64,000 nucleotides of DNA from positions 30,940,001 to 31,004,000 of the forward strand of contig NC_087437.1 of NCBI RefSeq assembly GCF_036321535.1, in the 5' to 3' direction. The position numbers were made by a program, and so were the translations under genes. The notes beneath the pieces were generated by a model, which worked only from the letters and a program-made list of their open reading frames with translations, had not been told where the DNA came from and did no database searches. Source of the stretch: Camelus dromedarius. Lineage: Eukaryota. The first letter of the stretch is position 1, and the number at the start of each line of letters is the position of its first letter. Of this stretch, positions 1 through 12,369 are shown one piece after another.

Positions 1-480
1 TTATTTGGAGTTCTGTGTGGGAGATTTGGTTTGCTCCCATTCGGTCATTTATTTATACTAGTATATTTACCTCATGTCTTAGATATTTCATGGATATTGA
101 TTTTATACTTTGGGGCCATGCTGTTTATTTTGTTATGCAGAGTGTTGCAGTTTTAGCCACTGGAAGCCCTTTTAGGTTGGCTCCTGGGTTGTGTCTTTTT
201 GACATGTGTACCCACTCCTGCCCTTTTTAAAGCCTTTTTACCTGTCACTGTAAGATATTTCTGGCTCATCTTGTATATTCCTTGCCCCAGCCCTAGAATT
301 ATCCATTTCTCCAAGGAGCCTGGGTTCTTTCATTAAATAATGATATTAGAAGGTCTGGGTGCTGGGTGTGCTTGTTGCTTCTGCGTGTTGTGCTGCTGTT
401 TCTGGGTGCTCTCAGTGGACAAGCTAGGAAATGCATGTATGTGCCCATGCATATATATGTGTCTATAATTATTTCAGTGT
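1..480 (-). mobile_element. Old L1 3' fragment (L1MC-like)
   Basis: Motifs ggctcatcttgtatattccttgccccagccctagaat-atccatttctccaaggagcc recognised as an L1MC-type 3'UTR; a related copy lies at 48.9-49.8 kb. Confidence 0.7.
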
Positions 481-1970
481 CTGTGTCTAACACGAAACAT
501 GACTTTGAAGTAAGATCAACTTTTAAAGAAATACACAGTGAGATGGGCAAACACCTCAAGAAAGGTTTAGTGTTTAAACACTATGGCTTCTTGGCACAGG
601 ATGGAACTGTTTGTTGCATAAGTGGAATTGGCTAAAGAATTCTCCACCGGACATGACTTTTAACCACATTTAACCACAGATGGACTCTCCCTCTGCATCA
701 GAAGACAACTGCCATCACACCATGGGGCTTCCATTCTCAGGGTCTTTAGTTGATGTCCATTCTCTTCTAGGTGCAAGTCCTCAGGGTCTGGTAACCTGAG
801 GACAATAGCATATTGGTTAAATGAATTAAAGCACATTCATGATCATTGATATTACAGAAAATCATTGTTGTAAGAAAGTAGTTTTTGTATACAAAATGTG
901 CTAAGTGAACCCATTTCTGCAAAAATGTTCATATGGAAAAATTGTAAGGATATTCACTAAAATGTTAATGCTGTGTTACCTCAGGATAAGGAGATTAGAG
1001 GGAACTCTAAATTTTCTCATTTTTGCTTGAATTTTCTACATTACCCAAAATTAACACATGCTTTTACAGTAAGAAAAAAAAATTCTCACCAAACAGAAGT
1101 AGATAATCCTCTGAGAAGAAGGCCTAATGGTACTTTAATTAGACTATAATTTTGTTTAACCGTTAGCTGAAAACCAGGAATAGGACTTTTTGATGAAATT
1201 AATGGGTTAAAAGAGATTTTTCAGAGCCTCGGGGTATATGGGAAAGGACATGTCTTGATAAAAGACTTTGGTACTTGGTAAGGGAGTATGAATTCTCTGA
1301 AAGCCCAAGAAAAGATGGGGGAAAAAAAAAAAACCAAAAAACAAAACAGAAAAGCAGTGGCCTAACAGGAAACTTCCAGCCTTGTGTTTTGGCCTGATAC
1401 ATTTGTTGGAAACTGAAACTATTGTGCCTGGGGACCCTGGGCACCTTGTGAAGTGGAATGAGCTCCCTGTTATTTAATGTGATTAAATCCATAGCTAGAA
1501 GCCACACAGCCAGGGGTCTGGATAAGTGGGGAGTACGCTCATGCCATTCTATAGAAGGTAAGCAGTGGCTCTTGAGAGGTGCACACAGGAGGAATGAGTG
1601 TAGGGGACTTACATGTAATGACATACTTGGACATGCATTGTTTTATTCTTGGTTAGGTTTTTTGAATTTTAGTATTGAATCACTGTCACTAATTAACATG
1701 AGGTTAACAGTTGCCCTAACCAGGAAAGTTTATTTAGGAAAACCCAAACTGGTTTACAGTTGATCCAAATCAACCAGAGCCCGCACAAACTCCTTTTCTA
1801 TTCCAAGTATCAAATCTTGTCACATAAAGGTTAAAGGAAAGGGAGGAAGCTTTCATAATTACTCAAAATTACATAAAAATTCCAATTACTCAAAATTATT
1901 TTAGGATTCCTTATTTTTTTTTTTCATTTAGGTTTTCATTTAGGTTTTGTATTTATGATGAGATTTTTAG

Positions 1971-2107
1971 GATTTTTTCTTTTTTCTTTTTTCTTGTAGA
2001 GGGGAGGGAATTAGGTTTGTTTATTTATTTAATGGAGGTACTGGGGATTGAACCCAGGACCTCGAGCATGCTAAATATTCGCTCTACCACTGAGCTATAC
2101 CCTCCCC
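1971..2107 (-). mobile_element. tRNA-Ala-derived SINE, Vic-1-like (camelid)
   Basis: Reverse complement GGGGAGGGTATAGCTCAGTGGTAGAGC...GGTCCTGGGTTCAATCCCCAGTACCTCCATTAAATAAATAAACAAACCTAATT + A-rich tail (A and B boxes); flanking direct repeat GAGATTTTTAG at 1960-1970 and 2113-2123. Confidence 0.85.
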
Positions 2108-4594
2108 ACTACGAGATTTTTAGATCAAGATTTAAATGAATATTAAAAAGTTTTTTTTATATCCTTAGTTGCAATTGAGCACTCATTAAGAACATATGCT
2201 AAAAAACTTGCAGATGAGTAAAAAGAGTATTGAATGAACTTTTAGGTCACATCTCACCTCCATCATTCTTTGCAGTAAATTGGAGAATGAATGCACCAGT
2301 AGTGAATGGAAGCAGAAGTTGAACCAATTGTAAAGGTGGTGAAGCATGACACTGGATATATGCCTCGGACAAGTTACTCAAGCTCATATAACCTCATGAC
2401 AGCTCTGCGAAGTAGGTATTATTATCATTATCCCTAGTTTACAGACAAGGAACAGGCATAGCACAAAGCCCTTGATCAGAGCCTGGGCTGTAGAAAGTTC
2501 TATATTAGAGTTGATTAAGACCATATTGTGTCTGTGACCTTGTTTGTCTTTCAGCCTCTGAAGAATAAAGAATAAAGTGAATTAAGTTCAGACTAATAAT
2601 AAAATTCAAATCCTCAGTTGCTTCTTGATCACTCAATATCACACATTCTTGGTAAACACAGTCTTGAAAGAACTCCAAGTTTGGTGACTAGGCCTGAAGG
2701 AGAGGAGAAATTAGCCCCCATATGATCTCTACCTTGGTTTTAATATGAGCTGGCCCACGTATGTCGACAAAAATGCAGTTTTCCAAAGTATTTTGTAACA
2801 ATATTCTAGAATTTAGGGGATTGTAGGACAAGGGTGGTATTCTGTGAAATTCAATTTCTGGTTCCTAAAATCTGAAAAGTCATTTTCTCTAGTCCACAGA
2901 GCTATATTTCTCATTGAAAATCCAGAAAATGGGGGGTCTGAGGAAAGTTTCTGCTCTCATTATTTTAAGTAAGAATTTTAAAACTTGGCAAATTTATCCA
3001 TATTTTTGAACTTTCAAAAGCTAAGAAGCTTTGTTTTAGAAAATGTGTTGACCAAGTGTGTTATTAATACCTGGCCCACTGAGCTTCAGAAAGAGTACTG
3101 ATTTTATCTGTCTCTTCCTTTCTACTTCACTGCTTGTCCCTATTTCTCCCTTGTTGGACTATCTTCTCTATGCATACTAGAGAAATGATATCTATTTTAA
3201 AAATTACTTATAAATATTTAATGAAAAGTGTGTTTCTTGGGCTTAATTCTATTGTGACTTTTCACAATTCTCTTTATAAAGGAAAACTATTGAGTTGGCT
3301 TTAATTTCACATTCACCTTAAGTTTATGTAATGATTTAAGACACACAGATCCTTGACTTACATAAGGATTATCATGACAGAAATGTGTTCAATAATATAT
3401 GATAGGGAAAAACTCATTTTCCATCCAGAGAATGGCCAACAAAATAGGGTTCATGTATAGTCTAGTATTCACGTAGCTGCTAAAAAGAACAAGCTCTATG
3501 TACTGTTAGAAAAACTCATATAGCTAATCATACTTACATTTGAAAAAATATAATTATGTAAATGCATAAAAAAAGAACTGTAAACTGTCTAAAGTAGTTA
3601 CATTTGGGATAGGTCAGTGGAGGGGGAAATTAGGGCTTCAACATTTTACTTTGTATTCTATATTCAAGAACCTTTCAAGAGAATAACTCAATGTATTATT
3701 TCCATTTCTGTATTACTATTTTTTTAAGTCCACACTAGGGATACAGTGTTCCCTAATCTTTTGAGTGGATGGATAGAATATTGTAAGACTCTGAAGAGAA
3801 GTTTTTCTCGCTCTTGAAATCCTTTTTCCCATTCCTCTTTCTGAGCAGTGATCTGGTACATGGGCCACTCTTCTCCAGTGGCCTGTAGCCTCTGAAGAGC
3901 CTCCATTGTGATGTTAACACTCCAACTTTATTGTTCCACTTGCTCCCATTAAAATGTATCTGTCTTCATCTCTTTCTCCTGGAGAGGATTCCTCCTTATT
4001 AAGTGACAATGGGAAGCCAGTACCAACAGAAGCTACCTCAAAAGCCTTTTGGAAATAGAGCACCAATCAATAATATATTAAAGAATAATATATTAGCTGG
4101 TAATGCTAAGAATGTGAACTTTTCTCAGCTGTCTGCTTCAGGTTGCCCCAGATTGAAGTTTGGTGATGCTCTAATTGGCCCAGTCCAAACCCTAGACACA
4201 AGTATGGATGTAGCAAATTTGCCCTTACACCCTGCAGTGTTGAGTGATCCTCTTGAAGTTGTGTCTAAAGGCACTTGGATAGCAGCATCTTTTCAATACT
4301 GTGACTCTTTCTCCTAGTATGCATTTTTTCCTTCTCTCTTCCTGTATCTACATTTCTTTTTTTTATTCTCAATATCAACTTCAACTCTACTGTTTGTTTC
4401 AAGCTTCTTTCTGTGTGACAAACTCTTGGTCTGTCTCACTTTATTATCTTAGAAAAAAATTTTAAACTATAAGGAGCAGATCTCATGGGAAACCTCCCCA
4501 TTTGACCACCCATAAGGGCAGAAATCATTGTCCTAGTAGATTTAAGAAATTAGTTCTTTCCCAGTCTCATCCTTTTGAACCCAACTTGAATATC

Positions 4595-5020
4595 TAGGTT
4601 TTATCCCAACCCAGTTTCTCTCTAGGTTCCTCTGTAATCACCATAAAGTTAGTCCAATTATCATTAACAAAGGAACTAATGTTTCTGGGAGCCCAGCTCC
4701 TCACCTAATGTGAGCACTAAATAGTTGGTTCCTACGTATAAATGGCCAAGCTTTTCCCTACTATTGACTTCAATCTCTTTCGTTGCCTTAAAGCTCTTCC
4801 CATTACCATCAACAAAGGAGCTAACATTTTCCAGCACCACTTCCTTACCTAATATGACCACTCCCTGGCTTGTCCCTGTTAACCAAGATTGGTCACCCAA
4901 ATTTTGTCATATCAAAGTTTCACTCTACCTCCCTCTGTAGTCTCTCCTAGACTCCTGCAATTATCATTAGCAAGGGAGCTGACATTTTCTGGGGTTCAGT
5001 CCTCACTAACATGGCCCCAC
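4595..5020 (+). repeat. Degenerate triplicated ~145-158-bp unit with a former-coding divergence pattern (candidate fossil exon)
   Basis: Cores caattatcattaacaaaggaactaatgtttc (4655), ccattaccatcaacaaaggagctaacattttc (4800) and caattatcattagcaagggagctgacattttc (4958); the + frame reads QLSLTKELMF / PLPSTKELTF / QLSLARELTF. Confidence 0.85.
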
Positions 5021-7618
5021 CTGGCTCTCTGGATTCAAGCATACTGTTTTTATAAAGAGGTAACTCCAGGACCCAATTCTTTGCCCAATTAAGATCCTAG
5101 TTCTCTACATGCTGAAGAGGACTCCCCATGCAACACCACAGCCTCTGTCCTTAGATCCCCCCCTACCCATCCATGCTCAGAAACCAACCCACCAGTGTTG
5201 ATACTTGTCAGTCCAGTGCTCCCAGATCTAGTTTGGATTCCAAACTGGACATCCTCCCAATCGCCCCAGAGGTGATACTCAAGGGGTAAAACTAGAACCC
5301 TTGTGACATAGCCATTGTCTGATAGCTTCTCCCTTTCCTTGCACCCTCTTATCTCATTGCTTTTTGACACCTTCACCTCTTTCCTTCCCATTGTCTACAT
5401 AGGTTTAGACAATCTTTCTTGTTAGAGTGAAGTGAGTGCTACTCTCTTAAAACTCAACAGAGCCGTTCTTATGATCTGATTCCAGACTTAGAAAGAAGTG
5501 GCTAGTTCTCCAAAAGCTAGTCTTGGACCACTTCATGCTTCAACATATGGTTTTGATGGCCATGTGCCTTTTTTCCATCCCCTGCCCCTACCTTTACCTT
5601 CTCTGTATCATGAGCAAAGGAAAAACAGACACTACATCTCCCCTCCCAACCCAGCCCACTGTTACTGAATCTGCAATTATCCTGTGGCCCCTCCATTCCA
5701 CAGAGCTCCCTCAGACACTTGAGAAACTCTGCCTTCTTAAGAGAAACCTTAAGGTTCTGGAGCATCAATCCTCTGTCATATCCTAAGGCTGGCAACAGTT
5801 TTTCTCCTAGAACAGAGGAGTTCCTTAACTATACCATGTGCAGTGATTTTTCTTTATGTCTCATTTTTCTTTATATCTCAATACCCAGCTCAATCCTCAG
5901 AAAATTTCTTTCCTGCGTAAAGAAGAGGAACCCAGAAACCTCAGATCTCCAAGGTAAATAAATGTCTTTTACAGCAGCCAGAGCCAAAGTCACTAGCTAG
6001 TTAAGGAACTGACCATTACGTACATATACACAGATTATGAAGTGAATTGAAATTACAATATCTTGCAATGAGTTAAATATTTTTCATGAATCTCTTTCCC
6101 CGAAACAGTCCTTATACACTTATCTACTCTGTGGATCTGTGTCAGCCACGCATCTAGTTCCAACCACCTTGATCAGCCCAGCTCCCAGAGCACTTCATAG
6201 TTGGATGTGCTGCCCTCCCCACCATTATCTGTTGATTATAAAGAAATCAGGAGTCTCTGCCCCCTCGTTTTCCCAGTAGGAAATATGGCCAGGGAGCTCA
6301 CTGGGAATCAAGAGCGGTGCTGCTTCAGTCCTGAAGCTGGTAGTGCTCTCCTGCCCACAGTTCCCTAGCTTCTGAGCAGAGCCTAGAGCTTCCCATCAGG
6401 GTTTCTAGGCAGGGGCTCCTGTCACAGTTCCCGAGGACTTCGGTAGGTGGTGCTGGGGAGCAGCAGCTTGTTTATCAGGAGAGCTTTTTTTTTTGGTGCT
6501 GCCCTTTGTAGCCACTCTTGTGGGCCAGTTTCAGTCATTCAGCAATCATTTAAGGGGACCCTACTAAGCACAGTTCTAGAAGATGGCTAGGACACATGGT
6601 ACCCAACCCTCAAACACCTCGCAGTCCCTGTGGGAGGACTTTCTCCTTGAGAAGTTGGTTTCTAAAACACAGGCCTGTCTTCAGTCCCCAGGGTGCGGTG
6701 TTTCTCTGGCTACTGGGTTCCAGCAGGCCCTACAACTCTGAATTCCACTTTTACCGTCCCATGGCCTGAGCAACACCTACTAAGTTCCCTAGCAGTGGAC
6801 CTCATCCAAATTCCTGAGAGTTTATTCATTCTCTTCTGGATTGGTGTTAAGGGAGCAATCATCTTTTAAGTTTCCTTTTAAGCTTTCCTTTTACTCTTCT
6901 CTGAGCCAGGAGAAGAGATCCCCAGATTATCCTTGCCTCCAGGGAACTCTCATATCTCCAAAGGTGCTCCAACGCTCAAGAACCCAGTTATGGGATTTCC
7001 AAAGCTTGGGGGTTCGGATGTCATTCAGTCAGTCAGCAGCTCTGCTTAGCCCCACCACTAGACCCACTTGTGTACTTTCTACCTCATGTTTTTCATCCTG
7101 GGTGTGGAATCCCACTGACAGCCAACCAAAATGTGTGGATACTTTAAAAGGGCAGTTATTCAAATCTGCTCTTCATTATGCTGTGTAATTTTGTAACTGG
7201 GAAAATAAAGTTCTTATGTAGCATTGAATGAAAAGAGCAAAATGCAGAATTATATTTACCCTGTCATCATGCCTGGATAGAAATGTGGATGCTCGTAGGC
7301 CAGAGCTGGAAGGGAATACAAAACTGAACCATACGGTTTGTTAGGGAGGTGGGTTCGTAAGTGATTGTATTGTACAAATTTGTTCTCCTTTGTGGTTACA
7401 ATTTTTCATTTTTGTGCAAAATATATACAGTATAATCAGAAAGTGGAAATGAAAAAAAAAAGTGGGAGAAGGAACTGGAACAGAAAAGAAGGGAGATTAG
7501 GAGAACTGCCAAATAAGGCCCAGTAACTGCTGCAGCTCGGCAAACCTGAGAGGCTGGTGAGCGGGCGTGAAGCAGGAGGAGCAGGGGGCCTGCCACCATA
7601 GGATAGGGTTGCTTCTAA

Positions 7619-8260
7619 AAATTTTTATTGAAGTGTAGTTGATTTACAATGTTAGTTTCAGGTGTACAGCAAACTGATTCAGTTATACCTATACATGCAG
7701 ATATGTTTTCCTTTCAGAGTCTTTTCCATTATATGTTACTACAAGACATTGTGTATAGTTTCCTGTGCTATATACTCCTTGTTTATCTATTTTATATATA
7801 GTAATGTGTGTCTGTAAATCCCCAACCCCTAATTTATCCCTCCCTCTCTTTCCCCTTTGGTAACCATAGTTTGTTTTCTATGTCTGTGAGTCTGTTTTGG
7901 GTTTGTAAATAGAATTTGTATCTTTTTTTTTAGATTCCCCATATAAGTGATAATCTCTAAGTCCATTCATGTTGCTGTAAATGGCATTATTTCATTCTTT
8001 TTTATGGCTGAGTAATATCCCATCGTATAAATACACCACATCTTCCTTATCCAGTCATCTGCCGATGGACATTTAGGTTGTTTCCATGTCTTAGCTATGG
8101 TAAATAGTGCTGCTATGAGCATTGTGGTGTATGTGTCTTTTCAAATTACAGTTTTCTCCAGATATATGCCCAGGAGTGGGATTGCTGGATCATATAGTAA
8201 GTCTATTTTTAGCTTTTTAAGGATCCTCCATACTGTCCTCCATAGTGGCTGTACCAATTT
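7619..8260 (-). mobile_element. L1 3' end (artiodactyl/laurasiatherian type), 5'-truncated
   Basis: tttttattgaagtgtagttgatttacaatg...ccatgttgctgtaaatggcattatttcattctttttatggctgagtaata...ccatagtggctgtaccaattt; GATAGGGTT flanks both ends (possible TSD). Confidence 0.9.
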
Positions 8261-8359
8261 GACAAGATAGGGGTTTGAGCCCAGCTACATGAGAAAGATA
8301 CAAGCAGCTGCTGGGAGCTGGCCTGGTCCGCACTGCTAGTCTGTGGTGTTCTCCTGTTG

Positions 8360-8830
8360 AATGTTAACAGTTTTACAAAACGAGTGTCTGACAAGGGCCT
8401 TCTGTGTCTGCAATAGAGGGAGACAAACAAGACCACTCTGTAATCGTGTCTAAACACAGACAAAAATAAGAAAGTGGTGCAAAATGCAAAAATACCAAAC
8501 ATCCCCTTACCTGGCTCTGACAAATGACCATTGCTTCTCTACCGATGACAGCATTCTCCCCACTGTGTTCCTTCTGCCTACTAGACACAAATAAGCAACA
8601 TATCCAAGTATACAATTGTCCCCACTACCTGGGAGCACTCAATCCAGAACAAAACCATGCTTCATCTGATTTTCCCCCAAACATCTAACACAAGCCCAAA
8701 TCATATAATAACCTTTTCCCAAGAAACTCTTACTGAGACGGCCCATGGCTTTCTGTGCTTGCAAATATTCCACTAAACCCAGCTTTTTTTGGATTATAGA
8801 TATGTTCCTGCATTTAAGGTCCTCTGGGTT
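8360..8830 (+). mobile_element. Solo ERV1-type LTR (MER34/MER39-like)
   Basis: ctcttactgagacggcccatgg...taaacccagc...atgttcctg resembles the MER34/MER39 R/U5 end; boundaries approximate. Confidence 0.6.
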
Positions 8831-9299
8831 TTTGAGCAGGGAATTCAAACTTGCTATAACTTGCTTTTTATCTGTTCCATGGAGAAGGTAATCTGTGGAA
8901 GAAAAAATGAGAAATTGCATATGAAAAATACATGATAAACCGTACAGTTTTGTATATACCCTTTACTTTCTTTGAAAACATGATATTTTCTCATTTCCAT
9001 GGCTTTACACTTCTCCCACTGCCTCAAAAACCCTTCCCCCAGCTGCCTTCAAACTTTTATTCATGGTTTGGCACCAGCATGTTTTGGTTACATTCCCAAG
9101 ACTGCCATGTCTCAGGCTGGTGGTGAGAAAGAACCTATTAGTGAATAAGGTGTCAGAAACAATGGGATCCTCCCTGTGATAGCTGCAAATTCCTCAGGCC
9201 TTGCTGCTAGGAGGGGTAGCATGGTGAAGGCATGCTTTATTATTCTAGTCCCTGCCTCCCAATCTTCATTCATTCATTCACTTACTCTCTGGCTCAACT

Positions 9300-9468
9300 C
9301 ACTGGTGTGTTGGAGCTGGCTCTCACCCATTTTATATTCAGTGATATCATGTTGGTAGCTTGGAATTGGCCATAGTGGGAGAAGCTACATGGTGGAAACG
9401 GGCAAATGCTATAAATTAGCTCCCCTTCCCTGAGAACTGGTTGTTAAACATCTACCAGCACACCACTG
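9300..9468. mobile_element. hAT-Blackjack MITE (MER63-like)
   Basis: Terminal inverted repeats cactggtgtgttgg (9300) and ccagcacaccactg (ends 9468). Confidence 0.8.
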
Positions 9469-9479
9469 CGGGTAGGAGA

Positions 9480-9730
9480 GAGGTAAGGGTAATAGGAAGG
9501 TAATGTAGAATGTGGACCCCAGAGCCGGACTGCCTCTGAATCCTGGGTTTGCTGCTGCTAGCTTTGGTATGTCAGGCAAATTACTTAACCCTTCTGTGCC
9601 TCAATTTCTTCATCAGTTTAATAGGGATAATAATATTTACCTCTGGAGAGTGTTGATGAGGAAACAAGTTAGTATGTGTAAAGTGCTTGGAACAGGGTGT
9701 AGTACATAGAAAGCACAGATACATTTTTAG
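9480..9730 (+). mobile_element. MIR SINE
   Basis: Core ggcaaattacttaacccttctgtgcctcaatttcttcatc...tatgtgtaaagtgcttggaacag. Confidence 0.8.
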
Positions 9731-11118
9731 ATGCTGTGGGAGCTAGTGATTTGCTAATTGTCATTTCATATTTTCACCTTAGAATGAATACAGCTCAGAG
9801 TCTCAGCTGCTGGAGGCCTAGTCCCAACAATAGACAGAGAGTAAGGGTTCTGCTTGAATATGTATCTTTCTTCCTCTGGTCTCTCCTTGACCTATTTCTC
9901 GGCACGACCCTATAGACAGTGCATGCCACGGGCATTTTCGAGCCCTGCCACTGGTCTGTGCATTCTGTGATTGCCTTGGTGCCCGGAGGCACGGTGACTT
10001 GGCCTTCGGAGTTCTTATAACAGAAAGGGACAGATAGCTGCCAACATCTGTATGAACATTTGTCAAACATTTGCTTCCTACTTTTCATACAACAGGCAAA
10101 GGTATATGTAAAACTAGCTTTTCTTGTAAAAGGAGAGAGTTTATACTCTGTTTAATAGGGCAACTTCAGCATCCAGACTGGCCCTATTTAATCGTGAAAC
10201 CCAATTATTTTACTGTAAAGTTACAGGGAGTGCATGATATATAGGAAAAATCACTGTACTAAAAGTTTGAGTGGACTTTAATCCTTGTCCTGACTCTATC
10301 ACTCCTGTATTCTTGACCAGAATTTAAATATTTGGTGATCGAATTAAACCAGATTATTTTAAAGGGCTGTTTCTCCTAGGCCATGTTTTTAAGAAAATTG
10401 TGAAAGTGGATATTCTAGTTTCCTCAATCAGACCTATTCAATTGAATTCAAGGTGCAGGGCAATTTATAACAAAAATAGGAATATTTCTTGTTAAAAAAA
10501 ACCTTAGGAGACAGTCCATTATCTGTGCAGCCAGTGAATTGTGGAGATTTGTGACTGCTGTGCAGTGATAAAGGTTGGCTGGGAAACCTTTCCCTCTGAG
10601 TCTGTAGGGAAAGGACATACTTGCTGGAAGCATTGGGTCTAATTGTTTTAGTCAGAGCTTGGTGACAGGGGTTAGAAGGTGGTTTAATAAAGGGGAAGTG
10701 AGCTGAGACCTTCCTCCCATGAAGAAATTCTAGCAGAAAAGAGAAGCAAAAACCTGATCTTCAGACATCCTGATTCACCCAGTAAATGGATTCCAGCTGG
10801 GGGTGAGTTGTTATACAGACACTGATTGTGATCCATGATGAGGTGCCCCTGGAAGCCTATAGAGGCAGTGGGTAAGATTCTGTGCTTTTATTTTTTTTTC
10901 CCCTTTCTTGTAAATGCAAACTGCTCCCTTCTCAGCTTTTCCTCTTTTGCCTTTGGAGTCCCAATCATTGTTTCTGTGTTTCTTCTCCTTCCCTTCCCTT
11001 CCCCCTCTCCTTTCTTTCACTCTGCCTGCAGTGACTTATATATGTTCATATTGTACAGTCTCTCTGAGTTATTTGGTGACCCGGAGTTAATAAGGGTTGG
11101 CCTCTATACAGTTAGCAC

Positions 11119-11573
11119 TTTTATTACTTTGCTAGGGCTGCTGTAACAGAGTACCACAATCTGAGTGGCTTAATGACAGAAGCAAATTGTCTCTTGGTTC
11201 TGGAGGCTGGAAGTTCAAGATCAAGGTGTTGGCAGGATGAGTTCCTTCTGAGGACTGTGACGGAGAATCTATTTCCTGCCTCTCCCCCAGCTCCTGGTGT
11301 TTTGCTAGCAATCGTTGGCGTTCCTTTGCTTTAGCTGCATCCTCTGTCTGTCTTCAGGTCACATGGTGTTCTCGCTGTGTACATGTCTGTATCTGTGTCC
11401 AAATTTCCCCTTTTCATAAAGATACCAGTCATATTGGATTAGGGCCTGCCCCTAAATCATCTCATTTTAACTTGATTTCCTCTGTAAATACCTCCTTTCC
11501 AAAAATCAGGTCACATTCTTAGAGTTAAGACTTCAACATCTTTTTGTGGGGAGACACAGTTCAAACCATAGCA
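11119..11573 (-). mobile_element. MaLR solo LTR (MLT1B/C-like)
   Basis: gggctgctgtaacagagtaccaca...ttctggaggctggaagttcaagatcaaggtgttggcagg...ggggagacacagttcaaaccatagca. Confidence 0.88.
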
Positions 11574-11624
11574 TCTAAGGGGATACGCATGCATCAATCA
11601 AGTGTCTACATGGTTCAGTAAAGT

Positions 11625-11850
11625 AATTACAAATGTTATTGAGCATTTCCTGTGGGCTGGGTATTTTATATACGTTATCTTCTTAAAATAATGAGCTACG
11701 TAGTATGTTGATCCCCACTTTACAGATAAAGTGAGACTTAGAAAAAGTGACCTTCCCATGGTCACATGGATAGTACATGGCAACACCAGGTTTCAAGCTC
11801 AGGACTGTCCAACTAGAACATCTGAATTTGTAACCACTATGCATTCCACC
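11625..11850 (-). mobile_element. MIR SINE
   Basis: ccccactttacagataaagtgagacttagaaaaagtgaccttcccatggtcaca core in reverse orientation. Confidence 0.75.
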
Positions 11851-12369
11851 TCCAGGATAGACACCTGGGCCTGCAAAAAAAGCTTTTTCATAGAAAGAAA
11901 AAGCTCTATGTGCGTTATTTCATCTTTTTAAGTAAAATCTATTCATCTCTTACTCAACTTCTGACAGTATAATTGAGCCCTACTGGCTAGTTATTCCCCT
12001 CTTACTGTTTATGATATTATTTTGATGAATTTTGGTAATTGCACAAAGCCATGTAACACCACCATAATGTAGGTATAGCATAGATCCTTTACTCTAAGAA
12101 GGTTCCTCCTGGCTCCTTACAGTCAACCCCCGTCTCTGTCCCCCGCCCCCAGGACCAGGGAACAACTGATCTGCTTTATGTCATTATAGTTTTACATAGG
12201 CTTTGTTTTGGTTTATAACTGCTAAGATCCTAAAAAAACCAAAAAACCCCCCAAAAACCCCCAAGTCTTCATTATTAACCAAAGGAAAGCAGAGACAGTC
12301 CCTCTCCTCTGCAGTTACAGAGGGAAATAACTTTGTTAAATTTGTTAAAATAGTCTGATTTGGTAATAT

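Noticed and set aside
2034..2107. tRNA-Ala-like sequence on the minus strand
   Set aside because: The anticodon arm is degenerate, and it is followed by a SINE tail, an A-rich end and a TSD; it is a SINE, not a tRNA gene.
4655..5020. Regularly spaced repeats as a CRISPR array, or as ankyrin repeats (alternative frame IIISKGADIF / ITINKGANIF)
   Set aside because: The DNA is mammalian, the units are degenerate and the intervening sequence is also homologous; the ~50-codon period and lack of a TPLH motif do not fit 33-aa ankyrin repeats.
5227..5249. Short inverted repeat tctagtttgga-t-tccaaactgga
   Set aside because: An ~11-bp stem with a mismatch and a 1-nt loop is unremarkable in 64 kb; no RNA gene context.
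5089..5795. Minus-strand ORFs faintly resembling a Gypsy protease or SCAN domain (RSGSTG...LHGE; LRELC)
   Set aside because: No catalytic D-S/T-G and only 4-5 residue matches; kept only as the alternative that a Dfam search should exclude.
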